Assembly (NCBI RefSeq): GCF_002113885.1
Contig: NW_018408547.1
Coordinates: 205,165 to 269,164 of the forward strand
DNA length: 64,000 bases
Direction: 5' to 3'
Origin: Mizuhopecten yessoensis
Taxonomy: Eukaryota
This document shows, piece after piece, positions 48,251-60,273 of the stretch; position 1 is the first letter of the stretch, and each line of letters starts with the position of its first letter. Position numbers and translations under genes: made by a program. The notes under the pieces were generated by a model. That model ran no database searches. It was given only the letters and a program-made list of their open reading frames with translations, and was not told the DNA's origin.

Positions 48251-49453
48251 CCTTTGGCATTGAAGACGTTTGCAGAAGAGCGATAAAAGAATATTGGTTT
48301 AGTAAGAAAACACTTTATTTTCTTTTAAAGCAGATATATCATACATGGTATTATAAAATATCAGTTTGTTTTAATTGGAATGGGGGCATATCATTAACAT
48401 CAATTGCGTAGAAAGTAACGACTCATTTGGGTCTTATTATTGCAATAATACTCTCCAATACATTTACCTCTTAACATGTCTATAAACAGAAATAATATTG
48501 CAGTTAAACAGTTATATATATACAAGAAAATATTGCTTTATAAAAGAATATGGTGATACAATAAGTATATATATACCAAAAATATATATCTATGAGAAAG
48601 GATATTAAACCTTTTTAAACGCCAGCGTGGCTGCAATAATGTTGATATTCAAAATGATTCATTACAAATGTTAAATAAAGGGCCTTTCAGTGAACAGGCC
48701 CACTTTATTACCTCACATTATAACACCATAGCCCTATGGTTATGTAAAGCATTGATAGAAACTAACAAACTCTAAATCTAAATCTAAGTATAATGCCAGT
48801 ATAAGATAAGAGATAACTGCTACCATATTGACGTAGATGTAAAAACAAAGAATCATCCACATTTAAAAGTAAAGCTAAACATACGAAACAATACACACAT
48901 TTTTTATTATTATTTAGACATAGATGCACAGTAGCATATTATATCTAATCAGCTTATTTATTTACTTGTTTTTTCATCGCATACGTACATTTACCGCTCC
49001 GTTAGACGACGATCTTTTCACTAATAATCAAAATTATTTAGGACCCCATTTTTGTCAGTTTCAATGCCATGGACTCCCTTGGTAGGATGGTGAGCCTGAC
49101 AGTCACGCTTACAATCATTGATTACAGTACACGGTCAATCGGGGCTTCTTTTGTTTTTGCCTGTATATATTCTTTGAATCACAGAATCATTTTAGTATGA
49201 TGGTTCAGACCGAATCAGTTCCCTCATAAGACAGATGCTCCGATCATTAGGAGCATTCCATTATTTCTTTTATTTTCTTTATCGTTATATTCAAATTCAT
49301 GTATAAAAATATATTTCCTACTAAGTGGTTCAGTTTATCAATTCCTTCAGTGAGGTCAAAGTGACAGGACACATTTCAGGAACCTTTTTCATTATAAAAG
49401 AATATGTTACAAAGGCCGATAAAATACAAGTGCGTGGATATAAAATTAATTTG

Positions 49454-50788
49454 ATTTATAAAGGTATAAATGCGTAGAAGTAACAAGTATCATTGTACAA
49501 AAATACATCATAACATAATACGCTGATAATGAGTCTTACTTGAGTGTTAGTATTGTAATAATGCTCCCAATGAATGATTCACGTAACAGCAATCTTAAGC
49601 AAAACCAGTGCTGCCGTCATATAGTTCCATATTAACACTTGCAAACACATATGTAAAATGATGACAAAAGATACATATACCTATGAAAATATCATTCATC
49701 TTCTTCATAGTCGGCAGCAAGGCTACTAAATCGTGTATAAGACTCTCAGTGAACATGTTGATATACTTATGAGTGATATTATTTGAAGATTGTAATGGAA
49801 AATAAGTAATAAACATCTATTATGCTTTCATATAAATAACAACAAGCATCACGGTTATTTAGTACCCTGAAATTGCATAACCATAGAGCTCAGTATTGAA
49901 AACAGATTTCGTATAAATTGAACATTATTTTGGTGAGCATTCAAAACATTGAGAAACATATTACATTTAAAGACAATGTGTTAGTGACCGCTTAAAGTAA
50001 CAAGTAAGAAAAACACCTTGACCCATTACAGCACAATTTCCTGAGTCTCAATAAGGTAATTCATTACTATAAATATTTTACTGGAGAAGTTGTAAAACGT
50101 CTTATTTGAAACTTATTTATAAAGGTATAAATGCGTAGAAGTAACAATTATCATTGTACAAAAATACACCATAACATAATACGCTGATAATGAGGCTTAC
50201 TTGAGTGTTAGTATTGTAATAATGCTCCCAATGAATAATTCACGTAACAGCAATCATAAGCAAAACCAGTGCTGCCGTCATATAGTTCCATATTAACACT
50301 TGCAAACACATATGTAAAATGATGACAAAACATACATATATCTATGAAAATATCATTCATCTTCTTCATAGTCGGCAGCAAGGCTACAAAATCGTGTATA
50401 AGACTCTCAGTGAACATGTTGATATACTTATGAGTGATATTATTCGAAGATTGTAATGGAAAATAATCTTTTTTTTTTAATATACAAATCACTATCTTGA
50501 GTCGTCCCACAAAAACACTATTTTTTAACAAACATATAGGTGGACCATTTGCTCATGTTGTAATAAACATCTACTATGCTTTCATATAAATAACAACAAG
50601 CATCACGGTTATTTAGTACCCGGAAATTGCATAACCATAGAGCTCAGTATTGAAAACAGATTTCGTATAAATTGAACATTATTTTGGTGAGCATTCAAAA
50701 CATTGAGAAATATATTACATTTAAAGACAATGTGTTAGTGACCGCTTAAAGTAACAAGTAAGTAAAACACCTTGACCCATTACAGCAC
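49454..50788. repeat. Duplication of the receptor stop codon and 3'UTR (49454-50034 and 50115-50788)
   Basis: Near-identical copies, both ending CTTGACCCATTACAGCAC; the right copy has about 95 extra bp. Confidence 0.95.
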
Positions 50789-51118
50789 GGTGCTCAAGGC
50801 CACGATGGCAATCACCACTACGAATATCACGAAGAATATTCGGTCGAGGCACCGGCCAACTTCCTGCCAATCACGCTGGAGCTTGTCATAAGTGCTCTCC
50901 CGCATGATTTTTCCTGCCATAATCTTTGTGTTGTTCGCAACTTCTCGGAAGTGGTCGTCGGGCACAGTGATGTTGACATTATCCAGTCCACTGTCGTGTG
51001 CAGTGTCCTGTTGCTCCTCTATCAAGCGCATGTTCATTGGCGTATCAGGGTCGTGGTATACAGGGCAGTCGGTGTCCAGACAAAGACATCTTCGCACGCC
51101 TCGACTATGTATACACAG
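50780..51118 (-). CDS. nAChR alpha-like subunit, exon 8 (MA helix, M4, stop)
   Basis: LQRDWQEVGRCLDRIFFVIFVVVIAIVALSTVL*; gatag acceptor, phase 0. Confidence 0.92.
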   Translation of the reverse strand: MCIHSRGVRRCLCLDTDCPVYHDPDTPMNMRLIEEQQDTAHDSGLDNVNITVPDDHFREVANNTKIMAGKIMRESTYDKLQRDWQEVGRCLDRIFFVIFVVVIAIVALSTVL

Positions 51119-52111
51119 CTATCAGAAAAGAGGAAAGGACAATACAATCTCCTGATATGATACACTCACGGTAAGTATCATATTCCATGCATACAAGAAG
51201 ATAACGTTTTTGATTTACCATAATGATTTATACATGTATGGATATAAAATGAAAAACTTTTACTTTGATAATAAAGATAATGTCTTAAAACGTATACTGG
51301 TTGAATAGTTACCATTGGGCATTTTATTCGTTTTCCCTTAAAATTGAATTGCTAAAAGATTGTTGAATCTAGCTATGAGAATAAAGCTTAGTGCTTGTAA
51401 TATGAAATATTCTTTAGATTTAAATCCCAATGTGATTCGAATGAAATAATTCATTCAGTTCCTTTTAGTACTACTACTATAAAGGTTATGACAATACCAC
51501 ATCGATAAAGTTCTGATGACTTTTTTACTCAAAATTGATCAGTGCTACGCTTTCAAATCTACGGTATTGGATAACACTTTTTATATATATTTCCATTTGC
51601 TCTGCCATATCTATTATGTGTATACTTTACAGAAAGAAATACATTTCTTTAGACTATGAATGCAATAAATTATTGTCATATTAACGTCCTTCCCCGGCCT
51701 CTCTTAATGTGAGCCCATCGTAGGAACCAAACATTTAGGTGACGCAAGCTGATTCCAGAACAAAACATTTCTAGACACTTTAATCCAGCAAATATTAGGA
51801 AGTAAGTGTATGTTAATCGTTCATGGTTTCAATTCGAATTGTAAACATACGATTTTGTTCAATGTTCATGCTGGTATGAATGCAAATCTGCATAGACATT
51901 AAAATATATATGCATCTAGATATTAAATGAAAGGTGTAATGGACTTGACCCCTCGTGAAGTGTTGTAAGACCCTACTCCTTAATGTGTCTTGTAGGGACG
52001 GTTTCAGAATTTACTTTGCAATCGAATTGGAACTATTTGGTTAAAGTTTGTCTTGTCTTCCCCTGATATTAAAGACGAAACATTTATCGGTAAGTTCAAA
52101 TAGTCACATAC

Positions 52112-52230
52112 AGAACCAAGCCATGCTGGTAACGCCTTCCGTCTTGCTCCCCTATTGCGCAGACATCCAGTTAACACACAGCACAGAATACTGAAGAACT
52201 GCAGCACAAATATGCCAAAGTAGAACACGG
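52112..52230 (-). CDS. nAChR alpha-like subunit, exon 7 (M3, MX)
   Basis: (A)VFYFGIFVLQFFSILCCVLTGCLRNRGARRKALPAWLGS; ttcag acceptor, gtatgt donor. Confidence 0.9.
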
Positions 52231-52914
52231 CTGAAACAGAAACGATTGCACAAAATACTATTAAATAATCCTATTATTGTGTTTACCGTTTTGTCAGCAG
52301 TTAAATTGTTAAAAGTACACACATGTTAATATGAAAAAGATCGGTTTGAGTTCGTTTTTACTTCCTACACACTAGTATATTTCTGATAAATGTGATGATA
52401 CGAAACATCGTAAACATTTATTTTTCTCAGCCACAAACGATGGCGTATTCCATTGATAAATAAAATAGTCTCTGTAAAAATTCTTTTATTTGTTCATTTG
52501 TTTGAGCATTTAAGTTCTCACATCATTTATGGTCATATGTAAACGGATACCCAAGGCAAGACATTCCACACGAAAAGAAAGGGCAAAAAGAAGGAAAAGA
52601 AATGGATGAGGTCGTAAGGATCCCTTTCCCACTGCACTGGTTTTTCCTATATACAGTAACGTTCCCTTAACATCAGATTGGATATAACTGTAGCACAGTT
52701 GGGCTAGAACACTCCCGTTGACCAGGTAGCTCCATCGGTTAGACATATAATGTAACAATCTGAAGTCTAGGGATCGGTACCGGTCTAGCCCCGCTGACTG
52801 AGAACACTGTTGTTGATTATATTCTGTTTATTTCGTATTTACTCTTTCTCATAAAAGTCCCGGAACGTACGGTTTTCTTTTCAGAAATTATTTATCAATG
52901 CCATATTAATGCCG

Positions 52915-53265
52915 GAAACAGTTTCCAATACTTAGTTACAGTTTGTGTTAGTGGTACGGGGATCCTCAAACAGTTTCCAATACTTAGTTACAGTTTCCAA
53001 TACTTAGTTACAGTCTCCAATACTTAGTTATAGTTTGTGTTAATGGTACGGGGATCCTTAAACAGTTTCCAATACTTAGTTACAGTTTGTGTTAGTGGTA
53101 CGGGGATCCTTAAACAGTTTCCAATACTTAGTTACAGTTTCCAATACTTAGTTACAGTCTCCAATACTTAGTTACAGTTTCCAATACTTAGTTTCAGTCT
53201 CCAATACTTAGTTACAGTCTCCAATACTTAGTTACAGTTTGTGTAAGTGGTTCGCGAATCCTTAA
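52915..53265. repeat. Compound minisatellite with 20-bp and 32-bp units
   Basis: ACAGTTTCCAATACTTAGTT interleaved with ACAGTTTGTGTTAGTGGTACGGGGATCCTTAA. Confidence 0.95.
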
Positions 53266-53482
53266 GTATTGCAATGGAGGCATCGTATCTTTTTACAGAT
53301 TAACATCAATCATTTCGAATACATGATGTTCCATTTTGACATGACGAGTTATATTTTGCATATTATTTACCTATTGGCAATCATTTTACATTGCGACATA
53401 AAAGGAAATGATACATGTCGGTATATGAACATCATCGTATGCCGTAAAACGTTTATCAGTTTTGCCTACTTTCAAAACTTAA

Positions 53483-53565
53483 CTCATTCACCCCTGAAGA
53501 CGCATTTGAACACTTCCAATTCAAAGGTTGGAATAGTTCATTAGGAAACTTCAGGGGTTAATGAG
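53483..53565. mobile_element. 83-bp TTAA-flanked MITE (piggyBac-like)
   Basis: ttaa-CTCATTCACCCCTGAAG...CTTCAGGGGTTAATGAG-ttaa. Confidence 0.8.
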
Positions 53566-53719
53566 TTAAGGACAGTTGTGTTAATATTGATACATAGAGT
53601 TATTTCACAAGAGTCTAACTATTCACTCAATCATGTAATTATTAGCCGATTATGTAATGGAAACTGACCAATGAAAACGGAAGTTGTAACATCGACATGA
53701 TATACATATGTATACGTAC

Positions 53720-53806
53720 CTAGAACCGGGACAGTAGCATGATCAAAGGGTACCGCCTCCTGTAGGACCACCATCAACACAGTCATGGTCATTAGTAGAA
53801 TCATAC
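53720..53806 (-). CDS. nAChR alpha-like subunit, exon 6 (M2, M2-M3 loop)
   Basis: (G)MILLMTMTVLMVVLQEAVPFDHATVPVL; 87 nt, phase 1-1. Confidence 0.9.
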
Positions 53807-54689
53807 CTGACATAAAAGCAATACAATGTTAGATGACACACACCCTCATTGGGTGGATCGTACTCACGTAGAGGTCGGTCATTGGTGATACTAACTCGGT
53901 GATACTAATTTTAGAAACAGCAGGTTAATATTCACTCTATGACGTCAATTCAATTGTAATATCACAATGCTCTCTGCCTTATGCAGTACTTTCCTCTGTA
54001 CACCGTTCATATGTGCCATCATTTTAATTGATTAAAACATTATTTAGCATCTTATATAACAATTAAGGACTTTAAGTTCGGTAAATATGTAATTATATGA
54101 ACCTGAAACGTGGTATTAAACTCGACTTGGAAGTAGCAAGTATTTTTGCCGATCCCTTTTGCGCCCTAAGTATCTGCTTTCAAGTTGTCTTCTTACAACT
54201 TCCAATTGCCAAGGAATATTTCGTTTTAATTTAAGTTAAATCTACAAATATCAGGTAGATTGATCAGCATAAGCAGTCATTTCCGGGTTGGCCTCTACCA
54301 TTCTCCCCCAAACTCACTTTACTTATGTCTGAATAGTAGTCTTTGACATCTTTACCAATATTTTACCTGTACTGCCGGATCCCAACTTGACAACATATTC
54401 ACCGTTCATTGATACAACATTCTATCCTCTTAGAACAGGATTTAAAAAACTTAAAATCAGAAAATTTCTTTACATTTTTTCCGAGATAAAATCGTTTATA
54501 GATTTGCCCCCATTTATCTTTCTTATCGGATTTCACAGTCTTGAAATATTACGCATAGTTTCCCTTTTGATCAGAAATAATTATGTGCAATTGCAGCATT
54601 ATGCTTCAATCCAAATGAAAGAGAAAGAAAACAGACTTCTGGAAAGATAAATAATGTTATCTACGGCTTTAATCACGTTCTATACAAAC

Positions 54690-55162
54690 CATAGTTAGTT
54701 CTGCATGTCTGATCAGGTGGAAGCAAAAACACCACAGGGATGAGGATGGCAAGGAAAACAGACGGTCCCACAAGTGCAAGTCTGTAGTACGAGGCTATTC
54801 GTGTAACAGTTATATCGATCTCTAGTTTGACGTATGTTTCCGGACAACACTCGTACTTGGCATGAATTATTTGAGCTGTCATTTTGTTTAAAGTCCATTG
54901 AGGATGGCTTTTTAGAGTGTCGCCAAATCCAGCCACCGGGATTTCCTGTGACTCGTATTTGCCACCGTATGTTAGGTCCTGCTTCAAGCTAGTGAATGTC
55001 CAGGACCCCATAACAAGCTTACACTTCTGTGTGTCGTAGGGAAACTTTGCCAAGTCCAAAGGACAGAAAAACGATATCGTTTGTGCAGGAATATACATTA
55101 CTGATCCCGAAGAGTGGACTATCGCATTTGCGACCCTTGTTCGACTTGGATGGAACGGTGAA
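54690..55162 (-). CDS. nAChR alpha-like subunit, exon 5 (Cys-loop, loops B and C, M1)
   Basis: CPLDLAKFPYDTQKC, GSWTF, YECCPETY; gatag acceptor, gtttgt donor. Confidence 0.95.
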
Positions 55163-55202
55163 CTATCAAAAGATTAAAGTGTTTAGCTGTTTAATAAAAA
55201 AA

Positions 55203-55935
55203 AAAAGAGACCCAATGGGCCTGAATCGCTCACCTGGTACTAATCTCACACTTGTAATCTTAAAAGTGGACAGCTACAGGCAAAATATCTGTGTTCGATT
55301 CATTTGAATCTTTTTAATGATTTAAACATATGACGCCTGTGACCTTGAAAGACGAACAAGGACATTAAGTTGAACAGAATTTTCAGCATTCCGTCCCAGC
55401 ATGCATCTGGCTAAATATCATTACCCCAGACCATTTGGGTATTCAGAACAAGTCATTTAAACATTTAAACATATTTGATCCCTGTGACCTGGAATATGAG
55501 CGAAGGTCATTCATTTGGTAGCCCTTCATCCCAGCATCTAACTGGCAAAATATCATAACCCTAGGCCTTTTGGTAAATCAGAAGAAGTTGTTTAAATGTT
55601 TTAAACATATTTGACCCCAGTGACCTAGAAAATGAGTGAATGTCATTTGTTTGAACAAACATGGTAGCCCTTCAACCCAGCATGTTAGTGGCAAATTATC
55701 ATAATCCTATGCCTCTTGGGTATTGAGAAGAAGTTGTTAAAAGATTTTTAGTATGTTTGACCCCTTTGACCTTGAAAATGGGTGAAGGTCATTTTTTTTA
55801 ATAAACTTGGTAGCCCGTCATCCACGCATGTTACTGGTCAAATATTATCATTCAAGGCCTTTTGGTTGTTGAGAAGAAGTAGTATTAATGGAAAAGTTGA
55901 CGACGGACGGACGACCGACCGACAGGTGAGCTAAA
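55203..55935. mobile_element. HINE/Helentron-type element
   Basis: AAGAGACCCAATGGGCCTGAATCGCTCACCTG, satellite units, (GACG/GACC)n, CAGGTGAGCTAA. Confidence 0.85.
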
Positions 55936-56693
55936 AATCTAAAGAGAGAATGATGACCAATTAAGACAAATGTTACCATAAGTGTCTATTTAAAATATAT
56001 AAGTATTTTAGAAGTATAATTTTGCCCATTGTTTCGGCTACTTACTGTAATTGACACTTTTTAACCTTTGATAGAATAATAAACCACAAAATATATACCT
56101 AATTATGCTATCTCACCGTGACAAGTATCAAATGTCCAAAAGAGTCCCACAAAGTCCAATAGTTCCACAAATTGAAACCGTTCCATACAGAAAATCATTT
56201 TAAATATATTTCACGTTAATTTGACCCTTGTTTATCATATGACACCACGGTTCCCAGGATAACAGGGATGCATACATTTATAACCCTTTTCCATTCTCGT
56301 ACACTAATGCAAAGTTAATTTTTTTATGAAAAATCACAAATTTTGCAATATTAGCCTATAACCTTAACCCGAACAGAAATCACATGTATGATTATCTGTA
56401 AGATAACATACAATCAGCATTAAACGAACAGCAGAATATGTACACTAGGACATTCAGACCAGACTCTTGATAGTGTCGTTTCTACTCATCAAAATCAGCT
56501 TTGACTGGTAGATTTTCAAAGGACAATTTCTTTTACATGTGATTTGACTCTCTAAATTGTGAAATGCCACTGAAATCCTTGTATAATCAATATATTGAAA
56601 TTGACGGGATAATAATGTTAACTGATTATTAGATATAATTAAATCATACTTTTAACATTTTCATATACATAATAGTAAATGGTGACACATTAC

Positions 56694-56803
56694 ACATTGT
56701 AGACCTCCAGTTCAGGTAGCCATATTGAATCAGGAGAAAATCTTATAGTTGTTAGGCCTCCGAAATCTGACGAGTTCCACTGCAACCGTTCATCTTGCCA
56801 AGT
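56694..56803 (-). CDS. nAChR alpha-like subunit, exon 4
   Basis: TWQDERLQWNSSDFGGLTTIRFSPDSIWLPELEVYN; canonical 110-nt exon. Confidence 0.93.
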
Positions 56804-57016
56804 CTGAAATTAATTTGTATTCTAGTTGACAAAGTAAACAATTATATCATAAATACCAGAAAGAGCATGTACTGTAATGTATTATTGATTTATTCATACA
56901 TGAATCAATACGAATTAGTTGAAATAGCAAAACTCTAAACATCAACCAAGCGATTCAACATTTTTTTTTACAATCAATAAACCATGCGATGTTTTTGAAC
57001 TAGATCGCACACTTAC

Positions 57017-57061
57017 CAGTGTAAGCCAATAGGAAAATGTCATGGTATCTGTAGCCGTCTC
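57017..57061 (-). CDS. nAChR alpha-like subunit, exon 3
   Basis: ETATDTMTFSYWLTL; canonical 45-nt exon; tacag acceptor, gtaagt donor. Confidence 0.9.
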
Positions 57062-57669
57062 CTGTAATCAAAGACAGAAGTTGTAGGTGGTAAAATAAAA
57101 CATTAGAGCAAGCATCATATAACATCCAAGATGTAAACGTTGAACATAGTTAACGGGATACTTGAGTTTCCATATCCACCTCGTCGATCATAAAATAGCA
57201 TGGCTGTTTCTAAGCAACCTCCGAAGAGTGTTACCTTTTGATATATATTCATATATTTATTTCCGTTGTACAACCCCTAGGTTACCCTACCGATCAAAAT
57301 GCTGTAATCTACGTGAATGATTTCCACATCAGAAACTGTTCGCGTCTTAACCATTATGACAGAAATGCTAATCGATGCTAATCGACTGACCCGTCTTCAT
57401 ATGACCCTAGCAGTTGGGAAAAGTTTAACCACTAAAAAAATGTATATATATATATATATATATATTGACAGATGCAAGTGGTAACTGACGTACAATTAGT
57501 TAAAACATCGTACCTTTAATAGTTCTGTTGAAAAATGTACCATTAACCGAAAGAAATCATAGAAAATGGTTGAAGTACAACTTCCGTGGCGGCCTTAAAA
57601 TAAATATTCACATGCGTATACCAACATTTTTGATTGTATGCCACACAGTTCCGTTCAGATATATTCTCT

Positions 57670-57816
57670 AAAGATTTAAATGCATATTCTAATATTCATG
57701 ATTGTATGCAACGCATATTCGTGGATGCGTGGCAAAGTCTAATAACAACTGTGCCGCGCATCCACGAATATGCGTTGCATACAATCATGAATATTAAAAT
57801 ATGCATTTAAATCTTT
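57670..57816. repeat. Near-perfect inverted repeat with ~65-bp arms
   Basis: AAAGATTTAAATGCATATT...GGATGCGTGGCA / TGCCGCGCATCC...AATATGCATTTAAATCTTT. Confidence 0.93.
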
Positions 57817-58359
57817 CATTTAAAAGACAGCATAACCAGACCCGTGCACATTTGAACATGCATTATCAGCAAACAGAATAATCTAATCTAATGATCTCGA
57901 ACTAGAATTTATATTACTGAACCGCTCTTATTGAAACTTAATATAGTATAATATGAATATAAATGTTCTTAAATCATAAAATGTCGACATGTTTACCATT
58001 AGAAGACAGTAAATATCTGCGTATACACATGAAACTGATTGTTATTTGCTCTTAGTTTTAATTTATATTACCTGTTGCTGAGTACGACACCAGCGAATAA
58101 ATATCCACTATTTATTTAAGTAACAGAAATTGCTTACGAGATGCTCAGAGAACGTGTACCTCTCACCTGTTTCTTATTTATCTAAAGTAGCAAATGTTAA
58201 ATTTGTCATATTCAGGTGCATTTCATATGGAAAATAAATGTCAACTGAATGCAGTCAATAATTAAATCAAATATTAAACATATAATTTTAAGCGAAGTAT
58301 TTAATTGATTTGTCAAAATTCATTGTTAATATCAAATAAGGCATGTATTCTGAATACTG

Positions 58360-58890
58360 GTTTAATGAATAGAACGAATAGAACATCTATCTACATGTGT
58401 CGGTCAGTGTCGTTGTTACACCTCAAGTGAATTTCTAGCTATTTGATTGGTTGGGAGAAAATTAAACAAAAATCTCTGTCACCCCCCGAAAATACATTGG
58501 TTTTAAGGGGCGCGGGTGATATTGCCATGAGACAGTGAAAAATATCACATGCGCGAAAAATGAGCGTTCACCGCTTCGTTTCCCCACCGTGATGGTCACA
58601 AGAACGTTTCACGGCAACAGCCAATTTTATCAAGCGCCGGTGCGATAGCGATTGTAAACAGCAGACTATCAACAAACACGATTTCATTATCGAGGTTTGC
58701 TGCCGTTTCTGAGCTACAAAGCCTTTGGTGTAACAAAATAGATATGACATTCATTAGCAGGTGACAGTGAATATTGTCAACCCTCAAAAACCCATTGTCA
58801 CCCGAGGCGAAGCCGAGGGTGACAATGGTTTTCTCGGGTTGACAATATTCACTGTCACCTGCTAATGAATGTCATATTTATATATTATTA
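58360..58890 (+). mobile_element. Hairpin-ended non-autonomous element, hairpin 58742-58877
   Basis: 136-bp near-perfect palindrome centred on CCGAGGCGAAGCCGAGG; left boundary approximate. Confidence 0.75.
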
Positions 58891-59647
58891 TTATGTTCAG
58901 AATATAAGGGTACGTCTATATTCAAGCCATTTAATGACATTCAAAGCTGATAAAAGTGCCATTTGAAAGTGGTAAAGTTATATTTTTACAATTACAAACA
59001 GTGATAAATATTAAAAGTTGGACACCCAGTTCCCGTTTTCTGACCTGCCGTCCACAGAAGCAAAACCCGAAGCCTTCAATATTCCCCTAGACTAAGGATA
59101 TTCCATGCCACACTGCGTTAGATCCATCCCTTAGGACCACCCTTTGAAAGACGCATTACCTCTTTTCTTTGGTCGCGCCCCTTCTCCTCGAAGGACAACG
59201 CAATTTCTTTACAAGTGAAGATTTCCCATAACAAAGGGATGCTTCATGCCAAATAATATCAAAATCCCTTCAGCTCTACTCAAAGATATGTCTTAACAGA
59301 TAACCACAGGGGCGCAAGAACTTGCTATTAAAACGGCAGTTACCTTTTTGTGGCCCATTGCTTATCAATACCAAAACGTCAAAATCCCTTCATCCGTCCT
59401 AGACTAGTATTCCTTCACAGAAAGACATCAACACTAGTAAAGGAAGGACGCTGCGCCATGCCATAAGCTCACTTGGTCCCTTCAGTCTAAGTTCTTTTAC
59501 ATAATTATAAAAGCTGGACTTCCAATGAAATACTATGGTAATTAGGTATAGACTTATCAGAGATACTTACAAGAGATTCAACTTTAGGACTAACATCTCA
59601 GAGATTTCAGTCTCGGATAACAAACCAGAAATTCCATTTGGACTTAC

Positions 59648-59796
59648 CAGAGTTTCCAGTCTCGGTTCGCTGATGCTCAAATCCACTTTGAAACCCGTCG
59701 AATTGCTCACTAAAACTGGGCGTGATGACTTCACATAATATTTCATCAAAGCCTTGTACAAACGGTCTTCATCGTTTTCCTGGTAAGTGTATTCAC
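59648..59796 (-). CDS. nAChR alpha-like subunit, exon 2
   Basis: (G)EYTYQENDEDRLYKALMKYYVKSSRPVLVSNSTGFKVDLSISEPRLETL; caaag acceptor, gtaagt donor. Confidence 0.9.
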
Positions 59797-59905
59797 CTTT
59801 GAATAATGGATATATAGTATCATATATAGTTTTAAACGGTTTCTTTTCGTTTGAACACGAATAAGATTTGTTTGGAATCGTAATATATTTTAAACTTTAA
59901 AATAG

Positions 59906-60200
59906 TACATCTCCCTGTTCAAGTCCTAAATTAACACAGTTATAACACCCAACTCGCCGAGCCTTAGGGTGGACATACATCTCCCTGCTCCACTCATGAA
60001 TAAGCAAAGATATAACACCCCTTAGCCCCGACTTAGGGTGGACAGACATGTACATCTCCCTGCTTCAGTCCTGAATTAACACAGGTATAACATTCACTCG
60101 CCCCGCCTTAGGGTGGACATACATTTAAACACAGGTATAACACCCCTCGTCCGGCCTTAGTGTGGACATAGATATTACATTTCCCTGATCAAGTCATTAA
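59906..60200. repeat. ~70-bp degenerate tandem repeat
   Basis: TACATCTCCCTG...TATAACACCC...CTTAGGGTGGACA, about 4 copies. Confidence 0.85.
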
Positions 60201-60273
60201 CTATCAACTTGTAAATTCACCATTTCCCAAAGACGGGCTGGCATTGATATTATTTCACCTTGCCATACTAATT

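Noticed and set aside
49595-50531. Paralogous small ORFs at 49595-49816 and 50208-50531
   Set aside because: They lie in the duplicated 3'UTR, their stops differ between copies, and they show no coding signature.
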